64,000 bases of DNA from Octopus vulgaris. Taxonomy: Eukaryota. Shown one piece after another: positions 27,701-43,310 of the stretch. The position numbers were made by a program, and so were the translations under genes. The notes under the pieces were generated by a model that saw only the letters and a program-made list of their open reading frames with translations, did not search any database and was not told the origin of the DNA. Positions within the stretch are counted from its first letter, which is position 1. Every line of letters starts with the position of its first letter. The stretch spans positions 85,250,001 through 85,314,000 of the forward strand of contig OX597823.1 of assembly GCA_951406725.2 (NCBI GenBank), written 5' to 3'.

Positions 27701-28689
27701 ATTTTATATTGTATGGTGACCATAGTTGGGAGTAAGAATCCAAGTGGCGGAGGACGATTGCCCTCCAAGGCACCATCATTGTCTCCTTTTATCTTTATAA
27801 AGAGCACCCCTGAAAGCCTTTCTCTTTTCCAGATCAAAGGAGTTTTTTTTAAGCAGATTAAATACGAGGACTAAGTACTCGCATGTTCTCTTATAGCAGT
27901 GCATTTACTTAGAGTAGTCACATAAGTTGAAACAAACTCTCATTTCGCTATTTCAGTTTCTCATTTTCACTTCGGAATCATTTCGATACGTTTTTAAAAT
28001 AGGAAGCAAACGAAGCTCGCCACTCAGTCCCATTGAAGATAACTCCAGCATAATGAGAAACAAACAAAAATTTATCTCATTTGAATGCTTCTTCTATAGA
28101 AAACGACAAAATGTTTTTCAGAGTGTGTCTCGGTGCCTTCTCGTATCTGATTCGTCATATTATCTAAAGTAACTTATTTTCTTACACTGGAAAATGTATG
28201 GGGAACTCACTCGCTTATATCTATGTAATAGACAATAGATGATTGTCTGTCTGTGTGTGTGACAGAAATATGTGTGCGAGAGTAGTGTGTATGTGCGCGA
28301 GAAGTAATAGATTAGATGTGTGTATATGTGTGTTGGTATGCCTACTCTGTGTGAACGTATGTCTGTGTTTGTAATTTGTGTACGTACACAGACAATTTCT
28401 AAGACACCTACGCGAAAATCAAACCCATTTGTGTTTGAATGGATGTATGTATGTATATATGCATGCATGTATATGCGTGTGAGTGTGTGGGGTGCGTGTG
28501 CACATGTGAGTTTGTATAAGCATTATGCATATACATATATATATATACATACATACACACACACACATGTATATATAGATATATGCATATATTTGTATTG
28601 TCTACAAATATGACATATATATATGCATACATATCCATGTATATATATATAATATTTAAAAATAAATATATGTATATATATATATATAT

Positions 28690-28799
<110 letters not shown>

Positions 28800-28843
28800 A
28801 TGAAGAGAGGGAGAAAAGAGAGAAATAGATAAATAGCTAATTT

Positions 28844-28904
<61 letters not shown>

Positions 28905-29421
28905 ATTGGCAGAAAGAGAGAGAAAGAGAGAGGGAGAGAGAGAGAGGCATACTGACAGATAGACAGACAGAGACAGGCAGACTGAAAGTAACGGTAAGAT
29001 ACAAAGATTAATAGCGACAGAAAGAGGTATAAGTGTTTTTGTAAATTCATGTTTCTGTGCACGATCAAGAAAGACAGTAGAGAGCTATATTAATATCTAC
29101 ATGTATGAATATGTGTATTTATCTACATTCCTGGTCAGACGAAACTAGGCGCATAAACACAAATCATTCGTGTAGGTATACTCACACATACACACACATA
29201 CATACATATATATATATACATACATATGTATACATACATATATATGCATAGATATATGTATGTATGTATATACTTCAATTACATACATATATGCATCCAC
29301 CTATAATTCTATGTAAGTATGTGTGTATGTATATGTAAATATATATAGATTTGTATGAATTATATGCGATTATATTTTTATGTATACCAACATACGTACA
29401 TATAACATAGATACATACATA

Positions 29422-29471
<50 letters not shown>

Positions 29472-31514
29472 ATATATATGTGTGTGTATGCATGTATAAT
29501 TAAAAACATATATATATGTATATATATATACATATAGATACGAACATACTGATACATATATATTCACCTGTCTACTCTATACGCGGATGTACTTACATAT
29601 GAATACATATGTGTATTTTATACGAATGTATGTTTATATGTATGTGTTTATGGTAATATAATCACATCTAATATATGTGATATGATTAAGATATTGTCCA
29701 TTGAGTTTGTATACTTATATAGCTGGAAGGCACTTTCAGCTTATTTTCTTCTGACAAAGGAATGACTGAATTTGATTAATGATCTGTGTATAAAGAGAGT
29801 AAGAGATGGCATCTATCCGATGAACATATCTAAATTTTGGTTTAGAAAATGAACAACAAACATTGTGTGTGAAGTAGAAAAAAAGAAGCGAAGGTAGAAA
29901 CACATAAACAGAATCATTGGCAAAGAAGGGAAAATTGTATTAAATAGTGTTTAAAAAGCCAAGATGTTACTAATGGACGAGCTAAATCAAAAGGAAATCA
30001 GTCTCAACAGGATTCCTTTATGATATGGTGTAGAGGTGCCTCACCAAAAGACGAAATATCTTTGTGATGAACAACAGGTAAGCCATATTCACATGTAACC
30101 TGAAGCAGCGTAGTTGTATTCTTTTCAATGCTTACTGCGAAGCTGCATGTACAAGGATTGTATTACGAATGCCAAGCCAAACTACAAACATAGACACAAA
30201 CTATTTAGGAAACGATACAAAAACTTGCAACAAAAATGTATATATAAATAATACAATAATATAATATAATATAACATAATATAATATAAGATGAAAACAA
30301 AATGGAGAAACAAAATAATAGCTAAGCTGGTTCATATAGCCGCCTGTCCTGCACAGCAGGTTACCTGTCATGTATTTATGAATCTTTGCATCTCTTTCTC
30401 TCTTTGCTTGTCTCTCTCTATCTCCTCTCTTTCACTCGCTTTCTCTGTCTGTCTCTTTCTTCCTGTCCCCGTCTTTCTCTGCCTTTCTCTCTTTCGTTCT
30501 CTTATTGATAACGAAAGACAACCTCACGTTCTCCTCCATTTTACTTTTCATTTCTGTTTGTTTGTGATACGCTGTTTTAGTTTATTATTTCCCAACTAGC
30601 GTCGTTGAAGATTCATCGGTTTGTTTGTAATAATAATATAGCTTTTCCCTCATCTTTAATTCAAATGCTCAAAGGCGTTCGCTGACTTATTCTTTTTAGA
30701 GTAAAGAATACGAGAGAACAAGAGTAAAAGAACAAATAAATAGACGTTGTCAAAAATTGGGGAGTTATATAGTAAAACGAAAGAAAAAAAAAAGAACACA
30801 AAACGAAAAGTGAATGAACAACAGAGAAAGAGACATGAAAGAGAAGAGAGCTAAATATAAAGGAAATTATATCTTACGCATGGCAGATGGAAGAAGAAGA
30901 CAAAACAAAAACAAACAAAAACACAACAACAACACAAACAAAAATAACAAAAGAAGATTTGAAAATAAGGACCTCGCATTTTCTCCATCGTTCCATATTC
31001 ATTTCCTCTAATGATAACCTGGTTAAATTATTTCTTTTATATGTAAGAGCTCACTTATTCAGAACATTAGATCATTGAAGTTGTTTTCGAAATATATTTA
31101 ATATTCTTCATAATAGCATTCTTAAAACATATGAACAGATAATATTTTCTTTCAAATGTTTGTGTATGCGTATATATATATATTTTTTTTTCGTCTTCTT
31201 TTTAATGTAACATTGCTGTCAACGTTTAGAAAACTAAATAGCTATTCCATTTATAAATTCATTTGCAAATTCATTTATGAAATTATTTAACATTTGATGT
31301 TGGATTATGATATGACCGTTCAAATAGTTTTATAGAAATTAGCCATCTTTTATTTATTCATTGAATGAGCGGTTGGCGGAGTTGATAACATTTTGTCTGG
31401 TACACGAATAGTCCCGGGTTCATATCTTGTCACCAGCAATGCGCTATTTTAGCAGCCGTGTAAATTAATTCATAAATTTGTCCATCTGATTTCAATCAGA
31501 TGTGCAAAATTGCG

Positions 31515-31557
<43 letters not shown>

Positions 31558-31882
31558 TATATATATATGCATATATATATCTATATATATATATATATAA
31601 TTATACATACATATATGTGTGTGTGTTTGTGCGTGCGGGCGTATGTGTGTGCGTGCGTGCATATACGAATAGGTAAATGTATATATATACACATAGACAT
31701 ATATGTATATATTACTTTACAAGAATGTTGATTGTGTCTTCGAAGTTAGCGTCACCTGACGTTTGCCAGACTGCGTAAACTCCGAAGTTACTGTCACCCT
31801 TCTTCTTGTAAAATTATAATAGATATGTACTCAAAAAAAGCATTAAGTGTGTGTATAAATATGTGTGTATATATATATGTGA

Positions 31883-31936
<54 letters not shown>

Positions 31937-31992
31937 TGGAAGCTTGAACAAGGAGACGAACTCTCGGGATGTTAAAACATTTATATCGTGAA

Positions 31993-32074
31993 TTCTACAT
32001 ATATTTCGATGGATGAACTCCAAAATGTCCGACAGGATAAATTATGGTCAACAATGCATCAATCTCTTCAGGAA
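31993..32074 (-). ncRNA. Type I hammerhead ribozyme motif
   Basis: ttc-CTGAAGA-gattgatg...catccatc-GAAAT-atat-GTA-gaa. Confidence 0.65.
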
Positions 32075-32144
32075 GGATATAAATAACATACACATCAAAC
32101 AGACATGTTAACACAAACAGATGATGTGTTTGCTATTTATAGTG

Positions 32145-32231
32145 TTTCTGATGAGATTGATGCATTACTGACCAAAATTTTTTCCTCTCGGATATTTTTG
32201 GAGTGCATCCGTAGAAAAATATATATAAGAA
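32145..32231 (+). ncRNA. Decayed HHR motif, partner arm of P3
   Basis: ttt-CTGATGA-gattgatgca...tgcatccgta-GAAA. Stem III is damaged. Confidence 0.45.
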
Positions 32232-32517
32232 TTCAAGATATAATTTGTATAACAACATCCCGAGAGTTCCTCTCCTTGCTCAATCTCCCTGTTTTTCACT
32301 AAATACGACTTACTATCAAAGCTTATCTGATTTCTTCCACATTTTGCGGGGTCTGTACCGTTCGTGGTGTCCTCAGACATGGTACAGAATTTCTCAGTAC
32401 AGAAGACACTTGGTAGTGCTCAAATGATACAAACTTAGAATCTTAACAGGAGATTATTTGAACGGGGGTAAAGATTGGCTATAAGTGTGATCAAGTTGAG
32501 CAGATATAGAAGCTACC

Positions 32518-32607
<90 letters not shown>

Positions 32608-32846
32608 AATTATAAATACCAGTGAACAGCAATTGATGATACCGGTATGACTTTGAATCCCTTTCATAATTCAAAGTAATGACTTCTGTTCTTGTTAATT
32701 CTACTAATTGTTTATAACATCTAATTGTTTAAATTTATCGTTACTTATCGTAAAAGAGCCCTTATTTTTTATATCGAATAATCATTTTCGCGATTTTCTT
32801 CTTACTTTCCCTATATGTAGTTTATTCTCTCTTTGAAACATATTCC

Positions 32847-32903
<57 letters not shown>

Positions 32904-32923
32904 CATACATACATACATACATG

Positions 32924-32955
<32 letters not shown>

Positions 32956-33753
32956 ATACATACATGCATACATACATATATACATACATACATACATACA
33001 TACATACATACATACATACATACATACATACATACATGTGTGTGTGAGTGTTTTAGGAAGAACTTGGTAGTTATATGTATTATTTCATTAAGCGTAAATT
33101 TTGCGGGAAGGAAAGCGGGAAAATCAGCTTTCCTCGAAGCCGAAGGTCTCAAAATTATATTGAATTGAAAAAAGAAAAGGAAAAAATTCAACAGAAATAC
33201 ACTCGCATATTTTCTTGTATAAATAACTGTGATTAATTAATGTTATAATCCTTTAATTTCCAGTGAATTTCTATAAGATATTTTATTAAATATTTTATTT
33301 AAAATTTAATGACACAGATTGTGTCCCCGCTCCTGTATATTTAAATGTTCACATATTAAAATAATTCCATTGTTTATAAAATTTCAGCAGCATTTAAAAT
33401 TTTGTGACAAAAATATGTATTGGAAGATGCCTCATTGATTTTATCATAAGATATAATTAGAATATTTATCATCGTTTTCCACCAGGAAGTAGAGCATTAT
33501 AAAATGTTAATCATTGACAATCAATTACACGAATGTACATGTAAGTGCAGTTTTCCTTTATTTTTCTCTAAGCTCTAATTCATGTCTGCTTAGTTTATGG
33601 GAAAAAGATGTTTCACTTCTCTTCCTGTGATATTTACACTAAGCTGCCATTAGAAAATAACAAACGTGGATTGGAACGATTCTGTTTCTCTGTTGACGGG
33701 TAAAGAAGGCAAAGATGAATTTTATTCGATAGTTTATTTCATTCTGTTATTCT

Positions 33754-34105
33754 TTTATTCTTTTATTTGTTTCAGTCATTTGACTGCAGCCATGCTGGAG
33801 CACCGCCTTGAAGGGTTTCTAGTCGAAGAAACCGAGCCCAGGACTTTTCTTTGTGAGCCTAGTTCTTTTGCAGAACAAACACACCAGCCTCGGTTATCAA
33901 GCGATGGCAGGGGAACAAACACAGACACACACACATAAACACACACACACATACACACACATACATATACAACGGTTTTCTTTCAGTTTCCGGCTACCAA
34001 ATCCACTCACGAGGATTTGGTTGGCTTTAGACTATAGTAGAAAACAATTGCCCAAGGGGCCATATTTTGGGACTGAACCCAGAAGCAAGCTTCTTACAAC
34101 ACAAA
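33754..34105 (-). mobile_element. SINE family A with internal deletions
   Basis: tttcagtcatttgactgcagccatgctggagcaccgcc...ttgcccaagg..gggactgaaccc. Confidence 0.8.
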
Positions 34106-34263
34106 AATGTCTCCTTCTCTAATACATTTGATTGTAAAAATCTGCCTTTATTTAACTCCTACTATTGCTTCGATTATTCTCGAAATATGGAGCGCATTGT
34201 TATGAAGTATTGACACTTCAAGACGGCATGGCATCGATACAATTAGAATGATGCTATTTATAT

Positions 34264-34300
<37 letters not shown>

Positions 34301-34867
34301 TGGTAGAACGGGAAGAGATGGCATATAAACTTTCCTTAATAGATGTGAAAGCCCTGTCTAAATAGTTGGAATCAGTCAAGCAATTGCATGATGATTTTGT
34401 CGGGGCCACCTAGCGTTGATGGAGGAGCTCGCTCAAATTTCGGCCGTCGATGGAATAATACATATCCATCCATTCGCGAAACTATCTATCCGTCCGTCCA
34501 TCCATCCATCCATACACATCAGCGCGCGCGCACAACACACACACGCACACAAAAGTAAACACATGATTTGGTAATGCAAAGAGAATAAAAATGGACCTCA
34601 AGACATGAGTATATATAAATGAATATTTTTCGTTAATATTTAACTGAGGCATTAGAGTGACTCTGAGTTTCATGCGTTAGCACGTATCAAAGTAGTTACA
34701 GGTCGGTGAGTTGTGTATTCACATAAGCGGTGCTAATGGTATTTCTCTGGATATTTCTGGAACAGAATTTAAAAACCAATTACAATGTCATGGGAATAAT
34801 ACAAAGTTTTCAACTAGCTTACCCGATATGTCGTTCGATATATATGTATATATATGTATATATAGTT

Positions 34868-35068
34868 AATCCAAACATGAAAGCACAACAACGCGAGGAC
34901 GTGGAACAAATATAGTATTATTGGATGCTCAGGAAAGAAGGAAAGAAGGAGGGTTTAACGTTTCGAGCGGAGCTCTTCGTCGGAAACATAGGAGAAGAAA
35001 AGATCCAGAGAAGGGAAGACGGAGGGAAAAAATCACCAACGGTAAACACGCGGTCACATTTTAAATGT
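34868..35068 (-). mobile_element. Short PLE-type terminal repeat in (TA)n with a minimal HHR at 34953-34987
   Basis: Minus strand: gttt-CCGACGA-agagc-tcc-gctc-GAAA-cg-TT-aaac. Homologous to 59708-59840. Confidence 0.65.
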
Positions 35069-35114
35069 ATATATATGTATATATATGTATACACACACAC
35101 ACACACACACACAT

Positions 35115-35150
<36 letters not shown>

Positions 35151-35174
35151 ACACACATATATATATATATATAT

Positions 35175-35350
35175 GTTAGGTTGTTTCACATGAAATATCG
35201 CATTTCTAATTACTTACTATTTCAGTCATTTGTATTTCTGTACACATGTATGGATGGACGTATTAATTCAATTACGTACTGAAGATTAAAGTTCATGTTT
35301 AATTTTTTTTTAATATTGATTGAAGATATCTTAACGGAAAGGACAGATAT
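35175..35350 (+). mobile_element. Solo mariner 5' terminus
   Basis: ttaggttgtttcacatgaaatatcgcatttctaattactt matches the reverse complement of ~27110-27160. Confidence 0.6.
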
Positions 35351-35416
35351 TATATTACGTCACACGCACACTTCAATTCATCTCTCTGTTTCTTTCCCTT
35401 TCTCTCTCTCTCCCTA

Positions 35417-35472
<56 letters not shown>

Positions 35473-35536
35473 AATATTTCTATCTAACCATTTCACGTTC
35501 TCTTTACGTATCTAGTAATCTATCTGTATATCAAAG

Positions 35537-35569
<33 letters not shown>

Positions 35570-36194
35570 GTATATATATATCATATATATAAATTTGTGT
35601 GTATATATATGCTTGTTGTATATATCATTTATACTTATGCATATTGGTATATGTATATATGCGTGTATATAGAAGTGTGTGTGTGTATGTTTGCGTTAAT
35701 GTGTGTGCTTACGCTTGTGTATCACTTTTCAATTACCCAATAAGCAAGCGTAACGCCGTTCAGTTACGCTTCTGTGAGAAACGCGAATCTTAAAACTATT
35801 TCGTTTGTTTCATCACAAAACGTAGATATTAAAATAGTCGTGAATGTATATTCCGATTTCTCTTTCTAGATACCGTACAATCTCCCTGAGTTCATCCTGC
35901 ATTTTTGTCCCGCACTCCTCTCTCCCCTTCTCTCCCACCGCTTCTCTCACCCTCCTCTCTCTCACGTCGCGCGCGCTCTGTCTCTCTTGCGCACTTTCTC
36001 TCTCTCCATTCGTCCTTCTCGTATTCCCGCTATTTTGTCTTTCAGTTTTCTGTACTGTTTACTGTGTTTCTAGTTGTCTTATTTTATTTTATTGATAGTT
36101 CAAACCATTGCGTTACGTTTCAAACAGTTTATTTTTACTTTGTTTGGTTGAACTTTTCATTCTTCAACTAAAGACACACATACAAGTGTATACA

Positions 36195-36316
<122 letters not shown>

Positions 36317-36407
36317 GATAGATATATAGATATAGATATACATACATACATACATATACATATATATATAGAGAGAGAGATAGATATAGATATAGATATA
36401 CATACAT

Positions 36408-36493
<86 letters not shown>

Positions 36494-36724
36494 GTATACG
36501 GATATATGTTGTAAACTATAAAAGAACTTCCAGGAATTTTATGATTTCCTTCTCTCCTTTTCTCTGTTTCTTTAACTTACTTTGTGTGTACGTGTATGCA
36601 CACTAACACACACGCACACAGGCACGCAGACACACAAGCACACATGCATATATACGAGTATGCTTCTATGTGTATATTATTTGTGTTCATGTTTATATTA
36701 TACGTACAGAAGTGTATATATATT

Positions 36725-36835
<111 letters not shown>

Positions 36836-36841
36836 CATATA

Positions 36842-36877
<36 letters not shown>

Positions 36878-37894
36878 AATATTCACACATACGCACTTAC
36901 TGACGCGCATACATATACATACATATATACATATATTTACATATCCACATATACAATGCGAGATGCAAGCATACACACGTCCTATACTCTGTCGCTTCTT
37001 TCATTCCTTTTTTCCCTACTAACATTTCTGATTATATTTAAGTGTTTTGTACTTTGCGGAATATATTTTGTTTGTTCGTTATGATACACTATTGCAGCTT
37101 TTCAATTCTGGCCAATCGCACTCTTAACGGAAAATTTAATCTTAGCCTTCGGCTCGGATCCTCTACAGCAATCCTCTTGACCTTTCTTTAAAAAGCCGTT
37201 CGAAGAACGAAATACGCAAATAATTAGTTTGTTAAATGTGGTCGGTGTATTTTTCTCGGCCCTTAAAACTCAGCTCGATAAAATGATGTATTTTTTAATG
37301 TTATGTTTTTGTCCAGGGTTTTCTTCAATTATTTTCTTCTTGTTATTATATAACAGATTTCAAAGATTAAAGTAGTAACAAAATTGTTTTCCTTAGAATT
37401 TTCTCTTATCTTTGTAGTTTTATTTTCTCTTTCTTCTTTTCTTTCTATATTATTTTTTTTTCATAATTTCTGTAAACAGTCAATACAATTTTTTTTCTCT
37501 TGTATTTAAAATGTTTAATATAATATTTTTTTATTGAGAAAAACTTTGTTATTTGTAACGAACAAGATTTCTTCCATATTCCAACCATACAGTAAATAAT
37601 AGTTATTGCTGAATTATTTTAGTATCGTTTTTATCTTTAAATATCAGCTTGGTCAGTATTAACCAAACGATATTAATAATAATAACGATAATAATGTTGA
37701 TAATGATGTTGATGATTACGACCACGATGACGACGGCGGTGATAATGACGATGATGGTGAGGCTGGTGATGATAATGATGACGGTGATGAGAATGATGAT
37801 GATGATGACGATGACGACGATGATAATGACGATGATGATGATTATGATAATAACTTCTATTATGAGCACAAGGAATGGATTTTCGAACGAAAAC

Positions 37895-38030
37895 AGCTAG
37901 GCGATCACATCGACCCAAGTTCTCGATTCGTACTTATTTTATCGAACCCGAAAGGCTGAAAGGCAAAAACGGCCCAAATGCCGCCAGGCACTTTGTCCGG
38001 CGTGCTAACGTTTCTTGCAGCTCGCGGCTT
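37895..38030 (-). mobile_element. SINE family B fragment
   Basis: acatcgaccc..gaacccgaaaggctgaaaggcaaa..cggcgtgctaacgtttc. Confidence 0.7.
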
Positions 38031-38572
38031 TTACTAGCATAGATAGAAAGCCTCAGAATTTTATAGTAGACGCATGTTGTTGATGATACCGATATTTTTA
38101 GATCTCTGGTACATAATTTACCTCACGATGGCATGTTTATTTGAGTGAATTCGGAGACATGCTAGTGGCCACGTTGTGTGGACACTCTTAAAAAGAAAAG
38201 TAGCAAAGAAGGCCCATCATCCCGCATCATGCATCTTCGATAGGTCTGTAGTTTTTCATCAGATGAAGACTGAAGATAGTTTGCAGTCTTAGGTGATTAG
38301 GTGATGGTCTAGGGCTTAGGGATGGGATACCACAGACATTGGAAAAAAAAACTTTGGTCGTCTTGTTGTAGTCGAGTGTTCTTTGTTGACGCCCGACACC
38401 ACTGGGATTTGACCCTCGAAGTCGCTGGAGATCTCCAGGTCCAAATTCTTGAACAGCTGCTGTTGCTGTAGTATTTCATCCTTACGTCAGCCGTCATCGA
38501 GCGGTCATGTTATTAGAGTCATTACAGCTGTGATCGTTCTATCTCTTTACGATTATCATTTAATGCGGTTTC

Positions 38573-38881
38573 GGCGGCGAGCTGGCAGAATTGTTAGCAC
38601 ACCAGGCAAAACGCTTGGCGGCCTTTCGTCTGTCTTTTACATTCCGCGTTCAAATTCCACCGAATCCGACTTTGCCTTTCATCCTTTCGATGTCGATAAT
38701 TTAAGTACCAGTTACGCACTGAGGTCTATATAATCGACTTAATCCGTTTGTCTGTCCCTGTTTGTCCTCTCTGTGTTTAGCCCCTTCTGGGTAGTAAAGA
38801 AATAGGTATTTCGTCTGCCGTTACGTTGTGAGTTGAAACACTAAAATACCAGGCCCTGTGCCTAATGTAGAAATGATTATT
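38573..38881 (+). mobile_element. SINE family B with a partial second tandem unit
   Basis: Full unit, then ...aaagaaataggtatttcgtctgccg and the short 3' end. Confidence 0.85.
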
Positions 38882-41288
38882 TCATGTTGTTTATAATAAC
38901 CAATGTAGGAAGCGATTTGAGAAACAGATTTAGTTGCTGTTTCTAGTAGGTCAGTTGACCATGTAGAAGCCTGTTCACTCTCATCTGTAGTACAACTAAA
39001 CATTTCTCAGGCCGCGGATAAAGAAACATTATGCAAATCTGACTGATATATTTTGGGGACGTAGCACCTTGTAAATCTTGACCTAGTGGTTTTATCTTAG
39101 AGTACTTCATTCAACAGGTCCTAATCGTACGTAATATAGTAGAATCTGCTATTCCACTTGCTTACGAACGAGCTTTTATTTGGCCCCACGAAAGACAATT
39201 TTCTGTATTCAAATTTCCCCGAATTACATTAAACTTTCTGAAATAATTAAAACATTCATATGGTGACGTTGTTCTAAATACTACTATAAAAGGTGCATGA
39301 TCTTGTGGTGATGGCAGCGGTTCTTTGATCACACGGTCGTCAATCAGCGATGATAGAAAGTTAAATCAATTGTTCCCAAGCTTAGATATGCCCGACCCGC
39401 AGAAATATTAGACAAAATTATACAAAGACACCACTGCGCACGCGCACTAATATTATTTTTTATTAATGAGAATATGGAATGTATTTAGAGCCATGTCATT
39501 CTCTTCTTTTCCACTATGGAGTTGAACAAGATTAGAATATAAAAATTATTCTAATTACATTTAAGACGGTAAATCGTCCGTCCGCTTTTCAATCTTCATA
39601 GGCAACTTCCGGGCAGGAAAAGCTGCCCACGTATGTGAAACACTGAGATAAATAAGACATCATATTCACATATTACTCAACACCATTTACCTCTGTAAAG
39701 AATGATGTGTACCGGCTGCAGTGTGCGTGTGACCAACCAGTTTAGGCAGTATTTATATATAATACATTTACATGTATGTGTGTGTGTATGTGTTTGCCTG
39801 TGTTCCTTTGATTCTCTCCACTACCGTTTCACAATAATTATCGATATTTTACGACCTTGTAAAATAGCTGTTCGGCACAACAGATCGATGAAATAAGTAC
39901 CAGTTGAACACTAAATAAATTCAATCGGTTATCCCTAATTCTCCAAAATCTTGTGTCTACATTAGAAAGGACAATGTACTTCTATGTGCTGTACAAAGAA
40001 AGAGCAATATCGTTCTATTGTTATGTTTCCCTAACATTTATCTTATCCTTTATCTCGATAACCATCACAGGTTCGGGGAGAAGATATATCTCCCTATGAG
40101 GGCCTCTGGTAAATATAAGCCTATGAGATTGCATAGGTCTGTCATTTTGCATGACCTCATAATCAGGTCGAAAGCGCATGTACCTTCCAACGTCTTCATA
40201 CCAATAGCGTATTTATCAAATTGGAAGATGTATCAATTATGAGTTATTATCTCTTGCAAAATTAAGGAAAATATTTATCTCTTGCAATATATTCCGTGTA
40301 GCTTAATGTCTTTTGGGGGAAGATGGTGAGTATTTAAAATGTAGAAATCTGCAATTCCAAGCTACGTGAGTGCAGAATTATTTAAATTTTGATCCACTTG
40401 AATCACGCTACATGCTGGGCTCACTATTACTAACCCATTAGTTGTTGATAAGCGAAAAAAAAATTAATAGAAACAAAAGCAGTATTAATAGCAGAAAGCA
40501 ATATTTATCTTCCATTAAAAGTGAGTGTTGTGTTAAAAGACAAAATAATACATTATTTACCATGATAGAACATCTCATATGGAGTTGTAATGTATATTAG
40601 CACTCTTATTCATATAGATAGCGGGTGATAATCCTCTACTACCATCGCCGAAACTTCCAGTTCACATGATTTCGGCCTTCCTTGATTTTTCAAAAGGTAG
40701 ACGTCCGCGCATAGACACAGCAGCGATTTCTCTGGCAGCGACATGTATAGAATCCTAGCATCTATTCAGGCACAGGTATCGCAAATACCCTATTTTTCAA
40801 ATATTTACTTCATTACTGTTTCAGAATATCTGTTACTGATTATCTTTACTCCATGTTTAGTTGGTTTCATAAACCTAAATCTAATATTAAAATTTATCTA
40901 CTATTAAAACTTACCATTTTAATCTTTAACTGAATTCCTGTTGATTGAGGCATTCAACCTTTTTTTTTTTTTAAACCGATTCTCTTTCATATATATTTAC
41001 CTTCAGAATTAATGTTATCACAATTGGGTGTTGATAAGTTTGTTATATTCCATAAAGTTATAGGAATATGAATGAAATAAAAATCCACAAGTTACCTTCC
41101 CTTATTACCTGCTGTATGCATGATATAAGATTCTACTATTCATAAATATTATGGCTTACAGATATGAATAGTCGAGTATATACATTGTGCAGTGTGGCAT
41201 AGTGGAACATTCACTTATATATATGCATGTATATATAAATATACAGGTGATTACACTTATCAAGTATTCACCCTAAATTTGCAGTACC

Positions 41289-41378
<90 letters not shown>

Positions 41379-41379
41379 G

Positions 41380-41764
41380 CTTTTACTCTTTTACTCTTTT
41401 ACTTGTTTCAGTCATTTGACTGCGGCCATGCTGAGAAATCGACCGGGGACTTATTCTTTGTAAGCCCAGTACTTATTCTATCGGTCTCTTTTGCCGAACC
41501 GCTAAGTGATGGGGACGTAAACACACCAGCATCCGTTGTTAAGCAATGGTAGGGGGACAAACACACACACACAAACACACGCATACATATATATACATAT
41601 ATACGACAGTCTTCTTTCAGTTTCCGTCTACCAAATCCACTCACAAGGCATTGGTCGGCCCGGGGCTATAGCAGAAGACACTTGCCCAAGATGCCACGCA
41701 GTGGGACTGAACCCGGAACCATGTGGTTGGTTAGCAAGTTACTTACCACACAACCACTCCTGCG

Positions 41765-41767
<3 letters not shown>
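41380..41767 (-). mobile_element. SINE family A, near full length, in (TA)n
   Basis: Reverse complement runs from aggcgcaggagtggttgtgtggtaag to the aagtaaaagagtaaaagag tail. Confidence 0.9.
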
Positions 41768-41812
<45 letters not shown>

Positions 41813-42549
41813 ATATATATATCTGTGTGTGTGTGTGTGTGTGTGTGTGTCTATATGTGTGTTCTAGTGGCTGAGTGTATGCGTGCATTTTTATGAATCC
41901 CTATGCGAACCTAGATAAACAAACCCATCATATTGCCTCGTTACTCAACGCAACACTAGACCATTTTTCCTTCTGTATCTGCACAACGTGTCTACGAGCT
42001 GGTTGCTAAATCCATTCAAAAATACATGACTGTGTGAAGAAAATATATACCGGAGATCTAACCATATCTGTAAAATCAACAAAATACACCTCCTACAATT
42101 CTGAGGATTTCTATATATGATTCGATCGACTGACGATTTTGGTCTACGTAATGGGCAAGTATGATAAAAAGGAGTTTAAATTCGGTTAGATCATACTGCC
42201 GACACATCTGTGTAATGTAACTATAATACACTGTGTTACTGCCCGCACAACATACACACTCACACTCACTCAAATACACACGCATGCACTTCCTTTATCC
42301 TTTTCTTCATTCTCCTTTTCTCATTCTTCCGAAAACCGCCCACTATTATCAAAGGGATAACGCAAAGAATACGATGCATTTGTTGCAAAAAAAGAAAATA
42401 TATATATTTTTTATATTCATTAATACTATTTAGTTATATTAAATAATAATAAAAAAAACTGAAAACGTAAATATTCTTTCTATAGAGATTAGTATGTTTT
42501 TATACAGAATCCTGGAAATCTACTATTATCGTTAAATTCTTTGCCAAAA

Positions 42550-43150
42550 TATTTATGTCATCATTGTTAGTGGAATATTTGATGAACAAAAAAAGAAAAA
42601 TTAAAGAAAAAAATTGCCGAACGAAGAGTTAAACGCAACATTGTTATATAAAAGATAGATGGTCTTTCGTTTCATATAAATTTTTTTTCTATCTCCTAAA
42701 TTGGCTCTTAATCATTTACGGATTAATTTCAGGACGGTACAGAAATACTTTCCATTAAATTCTGTTTGCAATGGTCAGAAAAATCCTATAGACTCAACGT
42801 TCTCAGCATTTATCGAGTTCATCATAGTAAATAATTCATTTCTTGTTTACAAATATATCCTTTCGGAGTGTTTACATTGGCGCTGGAATAAAGTAAATCG
42901 TAGCCTTTCTCTAGTAAAAGAGACTTATTTGGTTCTAAAGCTGTTTCCAAATAGTCTAGTGCCAGTATTGAAATAGTTACAAAAGCACTTCTGGTCACCT
43001 GAAAAGCACTATGATAAATCAGTATAAGAATGACTTGGTATAATTCTTAGCCATCAGACGTGAGTGGTTCATCTTAATCTTTTAAATGAAACGACTGAAT
43101 GTAGTAATTTCCCATCAAATCCCAAATCCCCAAATGTCCATGACGTTTTC
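42550..43150 (-). mobile_element. Possible ancient Tc1-like transposase relic
   Basis: Weak motifs VM.IWGFGFDGK and PEINP (cf. VMVWG and SPDLNP) across frameshifts. Confidence 0.3.
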
Positions 43151-43270
43151 TTTGCCGATTTAGAGAAGAGGAAATAAAAGATGAAGAACAAAAGAAAAAA
43201 ACTCATACACACACGCACACATACACACATACGTATGTACACAGACACATATCTATATGTATGTACTTAA

Positions 43271-43310
<40 letters not shown>

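Larger units (their letters stand above)
31938..32289. repeat. Long inverted repeat P3 (arms ~160 bp, spacer ~26 bp) with two divergent HHR motifs
   Basis: ttgaacaaggagacgaactctcgggatgtt pairs with aacatcccgagagttcctctccttgctcaa, and ataaataacatacacatc with gatgtgtttgctatttat. Confidence 0.85.
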
